From Octopus sinensis (taxonomy: Eukaryota), in NCBI RefSeq assembly GCF_006345805.1, contig NC_042998.1, positions 105,090,001-105,154,000 on the forward strand: 64,000 nt of DNA, written 5' to 3'. Made by a program: the position numbers and the translations under genes. Every line of letters starts with the position of its first letter. Position 1 is the first letter of the stretch. This document shows, in pieces, positions 1-12,662 of this stretch. The notes below the pieces were generated by a model. The model saw nothing but the letters and a program-made list of their open reading frames with translations, was not told the origin of the DNA and did no database searches.

Positions 1-622
1 CTAAAACATAAGATAAAAATACACAAAACTCTGAGCTTTACTAACCTTTAATTCTTTTAAATGCTGAAAATAATTTGAATATTGCTGTTTTATAGTCTGA
101 CTTCAAATATCATTGAGAGCAATTTTGCCTTTCATTTTTCTGTATGGATAAAACAATGAGTTAGTCAAGTAATGGAGTTAATTTTTATAAAGTATCTTAG
201 ATATGAATAGTTTTAAGAGAATGCTAAGTTTAAGATACCTATGGCATCAGTTTTAAACTGACTACTGCAATTTTATCTTATGAAAATAAAAGCTTCCTGA
301 ATCACCTTATTCATATCAAATACATGCTTATTTTAAGCTAAAGAAGGAAGATCTTATTCAATTAGCTGAAATTTGCATTATTAGCTAATGCAGTTCTTTA
401 ATCAATTTTATGTAAGTAAGCTGTTTTGTGGTTTGAAAAATTATGAAGTTGACCAAAATATGCAATTGTCCATCATACAATTTAGCAGAAATGATTTCAT
501 AATTAATATCAAAATCACTCATCAGATTTTTTTGAAAAAACCCTAGTGTGTAAGCATGTAATACTCCCACTCAATGCACCTTAAGCTGTAAATGTAAAGG
601 ATATCATAATTCTAAAGTTCAG

Positions 623-693
623 ATTCCTTTCGAAAAAATGGCGACAAAACTTGGTGAAGAACTTATCAAGAATTCAACACCATTTTGCATAGT
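623..693 (+). CDS. Candidate exon A of a multi-exon host gene (IPFEKMATKLGEELIKNSTPFCI-V)
   Basis: gttcag acceptor, GTATGT donor, 71 nt open in phase 0->2 with protein-like composition; non-repeat texture. Upstream exons would lie outside the window. Confidence 0.5.
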
Positions 694-799
694 GTATGTG
701 TTTGTGTGTGCAGTTGTGTGCATGTGCATATACATGGGTTTATTTAGTCCTTTAATTACCAGATTATTTAATATTGGATTCAAATTTTGACACAACGCC

Positions 800-990
800 A
801 GCAATTTCGGGGGAGGGGGGAAAATTGATTACATTGACCCCAGTGCTTGACTGGTATTTACTTTACTGACTCCAAAAGGATGAAAGGCAAAGTCGACATT
901 GTCAGAATTTGAGCTCAGAATGCAAAGACAAACATAATGCCACTTCACATTTTTTTCCAGTCTGCTAATGATTCTACCAGCTTGCTGCCC
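800..990 (-). mobile_element. Nin/Deu-domain tRNA-derived SINE, degenerate
   Basis: Reverse complement of the gcctttcatccttt-ggggtcgataaa-agtaccag core and gagttcaaattc B-box seen in many copies here; another partial copy at ~1090-1230. Confidence 0.75.
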
Positions 991-1349
991 AAAGCAATCT
1001 ATTTAATATTACAAATATTAAAGAGTTCCTATCTATATTAAAATATTAATTGAAATATTCTTTTTAGATAAATAATTATTTCTAATTTAGGAACATTGCC
1101 AACAAGTTTTAGGTGAAAGAGGTTACTCAGTATCATCAATTCCAGCATTTGATTGAATTTATTTTATCGACTCCAAAATGTAAAGAAACAGATAAAATAT
1201 TATAAGGCATTTCTTCCGATGCTCAGATGGTTCTACCAAATCACCAATTCCTTCCCAATATTATAATAACAATAACATGAAACTTCAGTTGTGAAACATT
1301 TAACTTTGGCTGTGTTCCAACCAGCAGCCAGCTTAAGAATCATAATACA

Positions 1350-1380
<31 letters not shown>

Positions 1381-2139
1381 CACACACACACACACATACA
1401 TACAAACAGATAGATGGATATGTATGTATAAATGCATGTATATGTGTATATAATAAATGATAAATACATACATACACACACGTGTTATACATTATAATAC
1501 ATACATATATACACATAATATATATTATGCATGTAATATATGTATTATCTATATGTGTTTCACACACATATAGACATACGTACACACATGGTCATACATA
1601 CATACATACATGCATACTCTTACATACCTCACACCTTTGACTTTTATCTGTGTCACATTCCTCTTTCTCACCTCTTTCCACTTCACATCATCTGCTTATT
1701 TCTACAATTTTAACTATAGATTACATTATACTGCTATTCTACACCCACTTTTTGTACTGCCACTTATCATTTCTTCCTTCTTGACCCATTCTTATTTCTT
1801 TCACCTTCCCCCAACTAAACTAATATTCACCATCGACCATGCCTCCACCCTTATTCCCTATTCCCTTCATTCACTTCTAACCCTATCTCTAACCAACTGT
1901 CACTTTTTTTCCAAAGCCTCATGAATTTACCCACCTTTTCTGATACATGATACCCTGTGACTATTCTTCATTAAATTCACATTTTTGTGCTTTGAGGGTA
2001 TTCTGACACAAAATTACTACTTCATCTCTGTTTCCAATAGCAGCAACCATGTATCTCCTCTACAGCAAGAAACCCAATCCTGTCCCTCAATCATATTTTA
2101 GCATTTCAGTACCTAGCTAAAGTCACTTCCCCATCTACT

Positions 2140-2375
2140 ATATACCTGCTCAGTTGAGGATGCTTGTCTTGCAAGTGCTGGTGCTATGAATAAAGCATCC
2201 AGTACATGATGTAAAGTTGTTGACGTAAAGAAGACATCCAGTTGTTGAAACCATGTCAAAGCTGACATTGAAGTTTGATGCAGCCCTCAGGCCTGTTGGA
2301 TCGTGTTGAACCAGCCAACCCATACCAGCATCAGGGCACAAACTTTACATGACAGTAATAATGATGATGATGATG
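2140..2375 (+). mobile_element. RTE-type LINE 3' end with (GAT)n tail
   Basis: Similar to the aagggcatccagctgtagaaac...ccaacccatgccagcatgg...gatgatgat terminus repeated across the window. Confidence 0.6.
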
Positions 2376-2400
2376 ACAATGTTATATTTGTATCATCACA

Positions 2401-2640
2401 GGTGTGGCTGTGTGGCAAGATTCTGGCAGAAACGCCGGGCCAAATGCTTAGCGGTATTTCATTTCATCTGTTATTACGCTCTGAGTTCAAATTCCGGCAA
2501 GGTCGACTTTGCCTTTCATCCTTTCGGGGTCGATAAATTAAGTACCAGTTATGCACTGTGGTCGATATAATCGACTTAATCCCTTTCTCTGTCCTTGTTT
2601 GTTCCCTCTATGTTTAGCCCCTTATGAGCAATAAAGAAAT
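2401..2640 (+). mobile_element. Nin/Deu-domain SINE, young copy
   Basis: ctggcagaaacgccgggccaaatgcttagcggtatttc...gagttcaaattccggcaaggtcgactttgcctttcatcctttcggggtcgataaattaagtaccag. Confidence 0.85.
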
Positions 2641-2759
2641 AAAATGCTTGCTACCCAGCCACATGGTTCTGGCATCAGTCCCACTGTGAAGCCTGTTGTA
2701 CATATGTATATATATATATGTATATATATATATATACATATATATATATACATATATAT

Positions 2760-2857
<98 letters not shown>

Positions 2858-2931
2858 GAATATATATATATATATATAACGGGAAGCTTTATGAAAATAA
2901 ACAAAAGACGAAGGCAGGTGGAAAACAAACG

Positions 2932-2982
<51 letters not shown>

Positions 2983-3186
2983 AAAATAGAATGAAAAAAC
3001 TACAGAAGATTTGTATTATATGGTTAAATCGTCATGTTAGGAAAATGTTATAAAATTTTGTGTGTAGTGACATTGTTTTGGGAGAACTAACAAGTTTCGT
3101 ATTTTCTTTTCAAATTTCTCAAATTTCTTTACTGATATTGTGTCATCTCTTCGCTATTGTGTGATGCAGGAGAGTTCCAAACAAGG

Positions 3187-3253
<67 letters not shown>

Positions 3254-3829
3254 CACACATACATACATCTTTGGGATGTAGTTAACACAGGCAAATTCAC
3301 TTTTGGTATGTATGTATATATGTATGTATGTATATATGTATGTATGTATGTATATCTATGTGTGTCTGTGTTTCTCCTCTACCACTGCTTGAAGACTGGT
3401 GTTGGTGTGTTTGTGTCCCCATAACGTAGGGGTTCAGTGAAAGAGATTAATAGAATAAGTAAAAAAGAAATACTAAGGTTGATTCATTCAATTAAAAATT
3501 CCAAGCAATGCCCCAGTATGGCCACACTCAAATGACTGAAACAAGTAAAAGATAAAAAAACAAAAGATTATCCTCAATTAATGTACATGCTTCTTGCTGA
3601 CATAGGTTGAATGGGTTAGCAGGATCTAATGGGTCCAAGGACAGAATCATACTCCAGTGACTGCTTTGACATGGTTTCTATAACTTGATGCCCTTGCTAA
3701 CACCAACCACTTTTCAGTTCATACTGGGTGCTTTTATCAAGCCATCAGCACTATTAAGGTTGCCATGCAGCTCAAAGAACTACAAAACCAGATGGGAGGT
3801 AAGGATTCAGCTATAAGTGATGGGACAAG

Positions 3830-4250
3830 AATCTCAAAGTATGAGATATGATGAGAATCAGAATAGGTTAAGAGCGGTTCCTGTCTGCCTGACAATGCTG
3901 TTCATTTTGAGCTTTTTGTACGGGATATGTAATAGCACTTGTGCCCAAATGCTGATTTCTTTGTTCCATGTCAGCTGGCTTTCTCTAAGGATGCACCTCT
4001 CACACTTATCTTATACAGATGGACCAAAGTAACCAAGGTCTTGTACACTCTGTGACTTGCTGGAAAACCAATGGAATTGGCTTTCCATATGTTGTTCAAC
4101 TTTTTCATAGCAGCAGAGGTTAAAATGCATCTTGTTGTTGTCGCCTTTTGAGATCTGCCATCCTTGGTCAAAGTGGGTCTTATGTACTTGATGGTGTCTT
4201 CTTCATCAAGTCTCTCTCTGTTTAACATGATGCTGGTTGCTGTGCTTGAT
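3830..4250 (-). mobile_element. RTE-clade LINE reverse-transcriptase C-terminal remnant
   Basis: ORF 3971..4228 (TLTKDGRSQKATTTRC...AAMKKLNNIWKANSIGF...YKTLV..LY) matches the post-RT region of RTE ORFs; stops and frameshifts present. Confidence 0.7.
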
Positions 4251-4279
4251 TGTTAAATATATATAATGTATATCTATAT

Positions 4280-4307
4280 GACATCTATCTATCTATCTAT
4301 CTATCTA

Positions 4308-4385
<78 letters not shown>
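4280..4385. repeat. (TATC)n microsatellite
   Basis: Long run of tatc units. Confidence 0.95.
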
Positions 4386-4386
<1 letters not shown>

Positions 4387-4529
4387 AATACATACATATA
4401 TACATATATACATACATAATACATACACACACACACACATATATATATAAATCGAACAAACACAAAAAACAACAGTGCAAGGATGTGGTACGTGTAAAGT
4501 ATTAGCAGACACCCAGGGAAAGAAAGAAA

Positions 4530-4572
4530 GGTGGTTTTACATTTCGAGCAAAGCTCTTCTTCAGAAGCAGGA
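4530..4572 (-). ncRNA. Minimal type-I hammerhead ribozyme motif (Penelope-associated)
   Basis: Minus strand reads CTGAAGA-A-GAGC-TTT-GCTC-GAAA-TGT-A: intact CUGANGA and GAAA boxes, one extra A, 4-bp stem II, quasi-palindromic ATGT stem III, predicted cleavage after 4538. Stem I is only partly paired. Confidence 0.5.
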
Positions 4573-5096
4573 GATATAGGAAAGTCCAATAGGAAAGGAA
4601 GACAGAGGAAAGAAAATCACCAACGATTCACATGTGGTTACATACACATATATATATTCTTTTATTCTTTTCAGTCATGCAGCTGTGGTCATGCTGGAGC
4701 ACCACCGTCTATTTACAATGAATATTTTCACTAAAAATGGTATTGAGGAATCCTCTAGGTTAATGTAAAATTGTTTTTAATGTAGCACATTATAAAAACA
4801 AACATTAATACACATACACAAACTCACACACATACACAAACACACAAACACATGCACACACTCACACACATGCATGCATATGCACACGTGCACACACATG
4901 CACATATGTACACATACATGTGCAAGCACACACACACATTATATGATGGCATGTATAATTATTTATTTTACCCTTATAGTTATTTATTTATATTTTAGGC
5001 TGTTATTTGGAACATAACCAAAGATAAATATTGATCTACTGAAATCCCATGTTAACATTCTTGTAATAAGGGCATTTTAATTTAAATATTTTGCAG

Positions 5097-5127
5097 TTCC
5101 TGTGATACATGCAGGCATTTAGTACAA
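5097..5127 (+). CDS. Candidate exon B (SCDTCRHLVQ)
   Basis: ttttgcag acceptor, GTAACC donor (weak); 31 nt, phase 2->0, the only open frame of three and compatible with exon A. Confidence 0.3.
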
Positions 5128-5228
5128 GTAACCTAAATTATTGGGATACAAGAGATTATGTGATGTTATGAGAGGTAGAGAGTTAGAATGAATGGGAGTG
5201 CATGTGTGTGTGTGCACATGTGTGTTCA

Positions 5229-5550
5229 TGCACGTGCATATATATATTCTTCTTCTTCACCCTTTTCAAGCCTAGCCAGGCTCATGGGCCCGGTTTCTGT
5301 GGTGTATATGTTCCCTTCAGCTGGACGGCATGCCAGTCCATCGCAACATTACCCAAGAAACAGGAAGAAAGAGTGAGAGAAAGTTGGGGTGAAAGAGTAC
5401 AACAGGGATTGCCACCAACCCCTGCCGGAGCCTCGTGGTACTTTAGGTGTTTTTGCTCAATAAACACACACAATGCCCGGTCTGAGAATCGAAACCGCGA
5501 TCCTCCAACCATGAGTCCACTGCCCTAACCACTGGGCCATTGTGCCTCCA
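5229..5550 (-). mobile_element. tRNA-derived SINE (distinct family, GAA tail)
   Basis: Minus strand starts tggaggcacaatggcccagtggttagggcag...ggtttcgattctc (A and B boxes) and ends in gaagaagaa. Confidence 0.85.
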
Positions 5551-5570
5551 TGCATATATATATATATATG

Positions 5571-5860
5571 AAAATTAGAAAAAAACACCTTTTATCAATT
5601 CAAAAGGAACAATTAAATTACACCATCTAGAAAATTACATATAATAGAAATATTAAAAATAAAATAACAATAATATACCGATGATTAAGTAAATTGCAAA
5701 ATATTTGGTATATACGTTTTTATTATTATTTTGCAATTTACTTAATCATCAGTATATTATTGTTATTTTATTTTTAATATTTCTATTATATGTAATTTTC
5801 TAGATGGTGTAATTTAATTGTTCATTTTGAATTGATAAAAGGTGGGTTTTTTCTAATTTT
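5571..5860. repeat. AT-rich palindromic (foldback) element
   Basis: 5571-5703 is a near-perfect inverted repeat of 5727-5860, with a ~23-nt spacer and (TA)n flanks. Confidence 0.9.
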
Positions 5861-5904
5861 TATATATACATTATATTTTGTGAAATTTGATTTATTATTT
5901 CTAA

Positions 5905-6320
5905 CGTGGCCGTAGCCAGTACCGCATCGACTGGCCTCCGTGCTGTGGGCACGTAACAAACACCATCCGATCGTGGCCGTTTGCCAGCCTCATCTGGCAC
6001 CTGTGTCGGTGGCACATAAAAACACCATCCGAGCGTGGCCGTCTGCCAGCCTCGTCTGGCACCTGTGTCGGTGGCACATAAAAAACACCATCCGAGCGTG
6101 GCCGTTTGCCAGCCTCGTCTGGCACCTGTGTCGGTGGCACATAAAATCACCCACTACACTCTCGGAGTGGTTGGCGTTAGGAAGGGCATCCAGCTGTAGA
6201 AACACTGCCAGATCTGACTGGACTGGTGCAGCTTTCGGGCTCCCCAGACCCCAGTTGAACCGTCCAACCCATGCTAGCATGGAAAGCGGACGTTAAATGA
6301 TGATGATGATGATGATGATG
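5905..6320 (+). mobile_element. RTE LINE 3' UTR with ~62-bp tandem array and (GAT)n tail
   Basis: Three near-identical units (gccagcctcgtctggcacctgtgtcggtggcacataaaaacaccatccgagcgtggccgt) at ~5983, 6045 and 6108, followed by the conserved RTE terminus and tgatgatgat. Confidence 0.8.
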
Positions 6321-6367
6321 AAATTGAATTTTTCCCTGTAAGTTAGAAATAATATTCCCTCAAATTG

Positions 6368-6444
<77 letters not shown>

Positions 6445-6476
6445 TGTATGTATGTATGTATGTATATATATATATT

Positions 6477-6700
6477 GTAAAATTGCCAAAAAGAATACAA
6501 TGAACTTGGCATGGAGAATGGAGAATCCAACATTTTGGACATAATCATTCTTCAAAAGAGAGTTGACAGTTACAGGAGACAGCAGAGTTTTACATCCTGT
6601 TACTTAGCAAAACTGGCTCACTGTATGCATCTTGTTTATTTCATTAAATAACATGTTTTACTGATGGAGACCAACACCAGTCTTTTTGGAGTCAGTCTGA
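6477..6700 (+). mobile_element. Probable Penelope-like RT remnant; paralogue at ~9165-9390
   Basis: Frame MENGESNILDIIILQKRVDSY weakly resembles the PLE RT motif (ME.E...LPFLD..I). The duplication itself is directly visible. Confidence 0.3.
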
Positions 6701-7289
6701 TCATGCATTCATACATACATACATACATACATACATACATAAATACATGGATATAAATACATACATAAATGCATGCATACAACTACATACATATAAATAC
6801 ACACGCATATATATATATGCGGAGAGTAATCACAAAACAGATATTGTGAATGCATTTAATACATATGTTTCAAGAGTTTAAGTAACAAACTTTTATGCAG
6901 AAATTATCTTCTTCAGTCATTGCACCAAAATCAGAGACTATAGTTGTATAAGTAGCCAAGAAAGGGGAGGAGAAAGTGAAAGGAAAAGAATAATATATTA
7001 AATTAAACAGCCAATGATAAGGCAATTCATATTCAAGCTAAAATACATAATTCCCTTATTGATAAATTTTTAAGGAAATTAAAGAATCACTGATTTTTTT
7101 CACTGGATTATAATGTTTTTAAATTTAAGAATGGACATATTAGTCTAATGCTCCACTATTAAACTGTAAGGTCATAAATCAAACTACAGCTAAACATTTA
7201 TGTCTTAGATATAATGTAGACTTAATTGTTAGGGTTTTCTTATTAATAAATTACAAAAGTAAAATGTAAAAACAAAACATTAATGAAAC

Positions 7290-8286
7290 AATTCTTTAAA
7301 ATTCTGGCACAAGGGGCTGCAATTTTAGTAGGCAACTGTTAGTCACTTACATCAGACCACAGTACTTGACTAGTTCTTTATTTTATCAGCCCCAAAAGAA
7401 CAAAAGGAAAAGATGACCTCCGAATGGTAGGAGCAGAGAGAAACTCCTCCGGGCATTTTATGCCAAGTGTTAATGTTTCTGCCGACATGTCAGCTTAATT
7501 AATAGTTATAAAAATACCACTACATATATACTACAAGTAATATATATGAAATTAAATCAATAATAATAATAATGATAACAATATCAATGATAATAATAAT
7601 GATGATAATATTCATAATACAAAAAACAATAATAATAATAATTTTAATTATAGTAATGATGATCATGATATTAATGATTACATGACTAGTGATATTAAAT
7701 GGAAATTGCTAAAATTACTATTGATACTGATGTAAACTGACAGTAATAATGAATATTGTCAAATTAAAGCAACAATGTTTACAACATTACTAATAATAGT
7801 AACATCAATAATGGTAGAATTTGAGTGTCAAAATTTTAGTTATAAGGTCAGTGCATTTGATGGGAAGGTGCTGACTGATATTATCAGCCTCAGTACTGGA
7901 CTACTACTTAATGTTATGTTTAGTTAATTTATTTTATGAACCCCAAAAGTACAACAGAGAAAATTTGCTCCTGGCAGAATTTGAACTCAGAATGTAAAAT
8001 CCCAGATATAATATCACAAAGCATTTCTTCCAATGCTTCCAACATCTTACCCTCTAATAATAATTATAATCCTTTCTACTAAAGGCACAAGGTCTGAAAT
8101 TTGGTGGGAGGGAACTAGTCAATTATATCAGCCCCAGTACTCCACTGGTACTTCATTTATCGACCCCGAAAGGATGAAAGGCAAAGTTGACCGTAGCAGA
8201 ATTTGAACTAGGATCATGCAAATGAATGAAATGCTGCTAAGCATTTTGCCAAGTATGCTAATGATTCTGCCAGTTCTCTGCCTTTC

Positions 8287-8383
<97 letters not shown>

Positions 8384-8560
8384 CCTTTCTACTATAGGCA
8401 GCAGACCAGAAATTTTGGGGGAGGGAACTAGTTGATTACATCAACTCCAGTGCATAACTGGTACTTAATGCACCCCCAAAAGGTTGAATGGCAAAGCCAA
8501 CCTCAGCGGAATTTGAACTCCGAGTGTAGATATGGGCAAAATGCCACTAAGCATTTTTCC
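7290..8560 (-). mobile_element. Cluster of four Nin/Deu SINE copies interleaved with (AAT)n
   Basis: Copies at ~7290-7490, 7830-8040, 8070-8285 and 8380-8560, all reverse complement; (AAT)n at 8288-8382. Confidence 0.75.
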
Positions 8561-8689
8561 TAGGTTTTGTTTTGTTTTATATGAGTTGTTCCAAGTCTCA
8601 CCCAGAGACCTCAAGTAACGGCAAGTTGGATATTTTACTATGGTTGTTATTTACGAGTAGCAATGTTATATTTCAAGAAAAAAGACCAA

Positions 8690-9065
8690 ATACTGGGAAT
8701 TATTATTTTGTTAGAAGTTTGTTATAATATTTACAATTTAGAAGTATTTCAGAATACAGATATTTTCAGTTTCATCATGATTTTTTTAGGATGTAGGCTG
8801 TACATAAGCAAACAATATTTTGTAGTCCTGACACTCTTGAATTTCCTGGTATTTGCCCATAGTATTTAAGCTGGTCATTTGGTATTATCCCTAAAGCTTC
8901 AATAATTACAATATAATTGTCATTCTTAGATTCCACATTTTTGTATCCTCTCTTTCAAGATTGTTATTTTCTCTTAATTTTTCAAACATTGCAGTCAACT
9001 GGCATTGATGTATCTATGATAAAACATCTTTTACCTATATGATTTTTAACCACAATGTCACCTCT
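8690..9065 (-). mobile_element. Dong/R4-like non-LTR retrotransposon, restriction-like endonuclease C-terminus
   Basis: Minus translation DIVVKNH..KRCFIIDTSMPVD...IVIIEALGIIP...LQNIVCLCTAYILKK follows the REL pattern PD..IIDVA.P.D..VIGALG..LQK. Confidence 0.7.
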
Positions 9066-9120
9066 ATTTTATGAGAGGGGGATGTTATGAGAAGTAGAGA
9101 TTTAGAAAGAATGAGAGTAC

Positions 9121-9158
<38 letters not shown>

Positions 9159-9469
9159 TGTGTGTATCATAAAATCGCCAAAGAGAATATAATGAATTGA
9201 CATGGAGAATGGAAAATCCAACATTTTGGACAGAATTATTCTTCAAGAAAGAGTTGACAGTTACAAGAGACAGCAGTTTTGCATCCTGTTAATTAGCAAA
9301 ACTGGCTCACTGTATGCATTTTGTTTATTTCATTAAATAACATGTTTTACTGATGTAGACCAACACCAGTCTTTTAGAATCTGTCTGGTCATACATAGAT
9401 AGATACATACATACATGCATATTAATACATACATATAAATACATATATGCATATATACATTGTAGCCAC

Positions 9470-9630
9470 ATAGACTCTTGTGCTAGAAATAAAAATCCCA
9501 AATTTCATATATTCCCTTTCTATCAATGGAAAGACAGAATCTCTACACAAGAAAGAATCAACAAGGAGAATCTTTTTATTGAAAAATTCCAAACGCTTCT
9601 TAATATGCAAACTCCACGGTGACTGTATTC
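9470..9630 (+). mobile_element. Penelope GIY-YIG endonuclease C-terminal fragment
   Basis: CARNKNPKFHIFPFYQ...RINKENLFIEKFQTLLN parallels CGEGKFKIFPFYK...MEKYSITKFSPKLN in the PLE at 29760-30260. Confidence 0.65.
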
Positions 9631-10134
9631 CTTTTTCTAGCATCCTGTCTGACATAAAATAGATATAACCATCCTGTTTGACAAAGAAGTCCAGCATTCC
9701 AATTAAAGAGTATAAAATCCACAGAATTGTCTCCCCTTATTCACAAGAACTGGATAACTCCTACTCCATTTCCTGTTTTGACACATCAACATCCAACCTT
9801 TTCAAATAAAAACTACACCAAAACACATGGATCCTAATCCTTCAAAGAAGTTTTTCCATGGACTAATATTGAACTCTAAAAGCATAAAGACACTACAATG
9901 TATTGGTATACTTATGCATTAATTTATATATATACTTATTATTTTTTTGAAAAAAACATTGTAAATTTATTTTTTCCCCTTCCTCAATTTAAAAAAAAAT
10001 TTTTTCCTTCCAAATCTTGAAAATTTGCCTTGCAATGAAAGCTGGTTTGATCCCTTTTTTTAATTTTTCATACACCCATTTTTATTAAAATTTACTTTCA
10101 GTTTAGCATTCTGCCTTATTATTTTTTCCTCTCC

Positions 10135-10181
<47 letters not shown>

Positions 10182-10289
10182 GAGTAGTGCAATCACAAAA
10201 CAAATATTTTTGTGAATGCATATATCTATAATATATAAATCCCATTCTGTGTGTGTGTGTGTGTGTGTGTGTTTGTAAAAAAGATTACA

Positions 10290-11430
10290 ACACCCGTATT
10301 TTTCACCTGATCATGCTGAAATTTTACACATAGGTAAGAGATGTCATAGTGGGTGCATAAGTTAAATTTCATAACATAATCAACAGTTTCAAAGTGAGAT
10401 TTGATGGAAAATCTGATTTCAATAGCGCTTATTGGCTATCATTCCACAAATCACGTATGAACAGGTGCTATGTTCATCCAATCAGCATCAGAGCATTAAC
10501 TGCATTAAGCATTCTAAGCAATTTCATGAAAGAACACATGTGATTGCAGTAAAAATTGATATCATTCTAGAATGAACTGTACTCGTATATGTGCATCCAG
10601 GCATGTCATCCTGTGTTTAATAAATAAACTGCCACAAAAGAATAAGAAGACAAGGCTTATATTACGATTTAGTGAAAAGGAAATAAAATATTAACCTTAA
10701 CTAATAAATAGCACTAGTTGGCGATCAATCAACATTGATCACTACAAAATTCAAATGACAGTAGAAAATGACAAACTGATTGGTAATTGAACGTGGAAAA
10801 TTTGGGTGACAAGTATCTAAAACTTTAGCTAACAGTTTCTTATATAAAACAAAAAATGAGCAGTATTTTTCAACTTTCACATGACTCACTTGATTTGATT
10901 CGTACATGCTCATTGTTTATTCTTTAATTTGGAAAGCAAAGCTGTAGGATCTTATATTCCAAACAAAGTGTTTAAAATCTAGATCATCTTCAAAGGTTTG
11001 GCACTGAGTTGTAAATGAGGCAAGACATTTACTCTTCACGATAGGTTATGTTAATCTTCCAACAAATGCCTATTGTTAAAGTCAAGCAGTTTTATTCATT
11101 TCAATGCACAGCTTCCCAGATATCTCAGGTAATTTCTTATTGCAATTAAACATGTTTCTTACAGATTGACTACATGTCCGTAGAAATGTTGTGTATGCTT
11201 TTTGTACCGATTCTTCAGCCATCCAGTCAATTAAATGGCATTCAGAATGATAATTTTCTATATTTTCACATTTTAAAGCCCAGTATCTGTTCCTTTTTGA
11301 ATACCAGCTAATTTTTCATTTAATGTCTTGACGACATCAAATAATGTTCAACTTTAAGCATAGACAGAAGTTGAATTACACTATTTTAGATGCTAGTCTT
11401 ATCATGGACGGGGAGTCATTTGCTGGTATA
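10290..11430 (-). mobile_element. Degenerate hAT-like transposase remnant
   Basis: Minus-strand HFYGHVVNL resembles the hAT H-C-x-x-H-x-L-N-L motif; many stops; no TIR pair confirmed. Confidence 0.35.
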
Positions 11431-11462
11431 TATATATGAGAAGAGTAATCACAAAACAGATA

Positions 11463-12357
11463 CTGTCATCATTATCATCACCATTGTTTAACATCTGCTT
11501 TCCATGCTGGCATGGGTTGGACAGTTTGACTGAGGGCTGGTAAGCCACAAAGCTGTATCAGGCTACAATCTGATCTGGCAATGTTTCTATAGCTAGATGC
11601 CCTTTGTAATGCCAACCATTCCAAGAGTGTAGAGGATGCTTTTTACATGCCACCAGCAGGGGGGACAATCAGGTAGTACTTGCATCAGCCATGCTTGAAT
11701 GGTGATTTTTACATGCCACTGGCACAGGTGCCAATCAGGTGGTACTGTCAAAGGCCACTACAATGATTTCACTTGCCGCAACAGGTCTTCACAAGTACAG
11801 TTTATTGCCCAATTATTGAAGGGTACTCTTAAATGGGATGGTTATGCTGCACTGGCACAGGCCATGGTTACGGTCTCACTCAGTTTGCTGGGTCTTCTCA
11901 AGCACAGCATATCTCCAAAGGTCTTGGTCACTTGTCATTACCTCTGTGAAGCCCAACATTTGAAGGTTGTGCTTCAACATCTCATCCCAATCTTCCTGGG
12001 TCTATATCTTCCACAGGTTCCCTCTACTGCTAGGGTGTGATGCTTTTTCACACAGCTGTCCTCACCTATTTGCAACACATGACCATACCAGCACAGTCGT
12101 CTCTCCTGCACATCACATCTGATGCTTCGTATGTCCAACTTTGCTCTTAGAGCACTTACACTCTGTTATATATGCATACTGACATTACACATCCAGCGGA
12201 GTATACTAGCTACATTCTTTGCAAGCTTACACATGTCCTTAGCAGTAACAGCCTATGTTTCACTGCCATGTAGCATGGCTGTTTGCACATATGCAACATA
12301 CAATCTACTTTTTACTTTGGGTGAGAGGCCCTTTGTCACCAAAATCTATATGTAAGC
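11463..12357 (-). mobile_element. 5'-truncated RTE LINE with 21-bp target-site duplication
   Basis: agagtaatcacaaaacagata occurs at 11442-11462 and 12358-12378; the body carries the RTE RT C-terminus, 3' UTR and catcat tail. Confidence 0.85.
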
Positions 12358-12662
12358 AGAGTAATCACAAAACAGATATTGTGAATGCATTTAATACATA
12401 TGTTTCAAGAGTTTAAGTAAAAAATTGATATGCGTAAATTACCTTCTTCATTTATTGCACCAAAAACAAATTTGCCCTAACATACAAAATGAGAGAAAAC
12501 GAAAAGAGAGACTATAGTTGTATAAGTAGCCATGAAAGGGGAGGGGCAAGCAAAAGAAAAGGAATAATATATAAAATTATACCACCAATGATGAGGCAAT
12601 TTATATTCAAGCTAAGAAACATAATCCCCTTATTGATAAATTCTCAAGGAAGTTAAAGAATC

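Noticed and set aside
46-141. Minus-strand exon with good splice signals
   Set aside because: Stops in all three frames; no consistent minus-strand exon chain was found.
5470-5550. tRNA gene (also SINE heads at 27257, 42084 and 55338)
   Set aside because: A and B boxes run into SINE bodies and there is no closing acceptor stem.
5905-6145. CRISPR-like repeat array
   Set aside because: Units are contiguous with no unique spacers, there are no cas genes, and the array is part of an RTE 3' UTR in a eukaryote.
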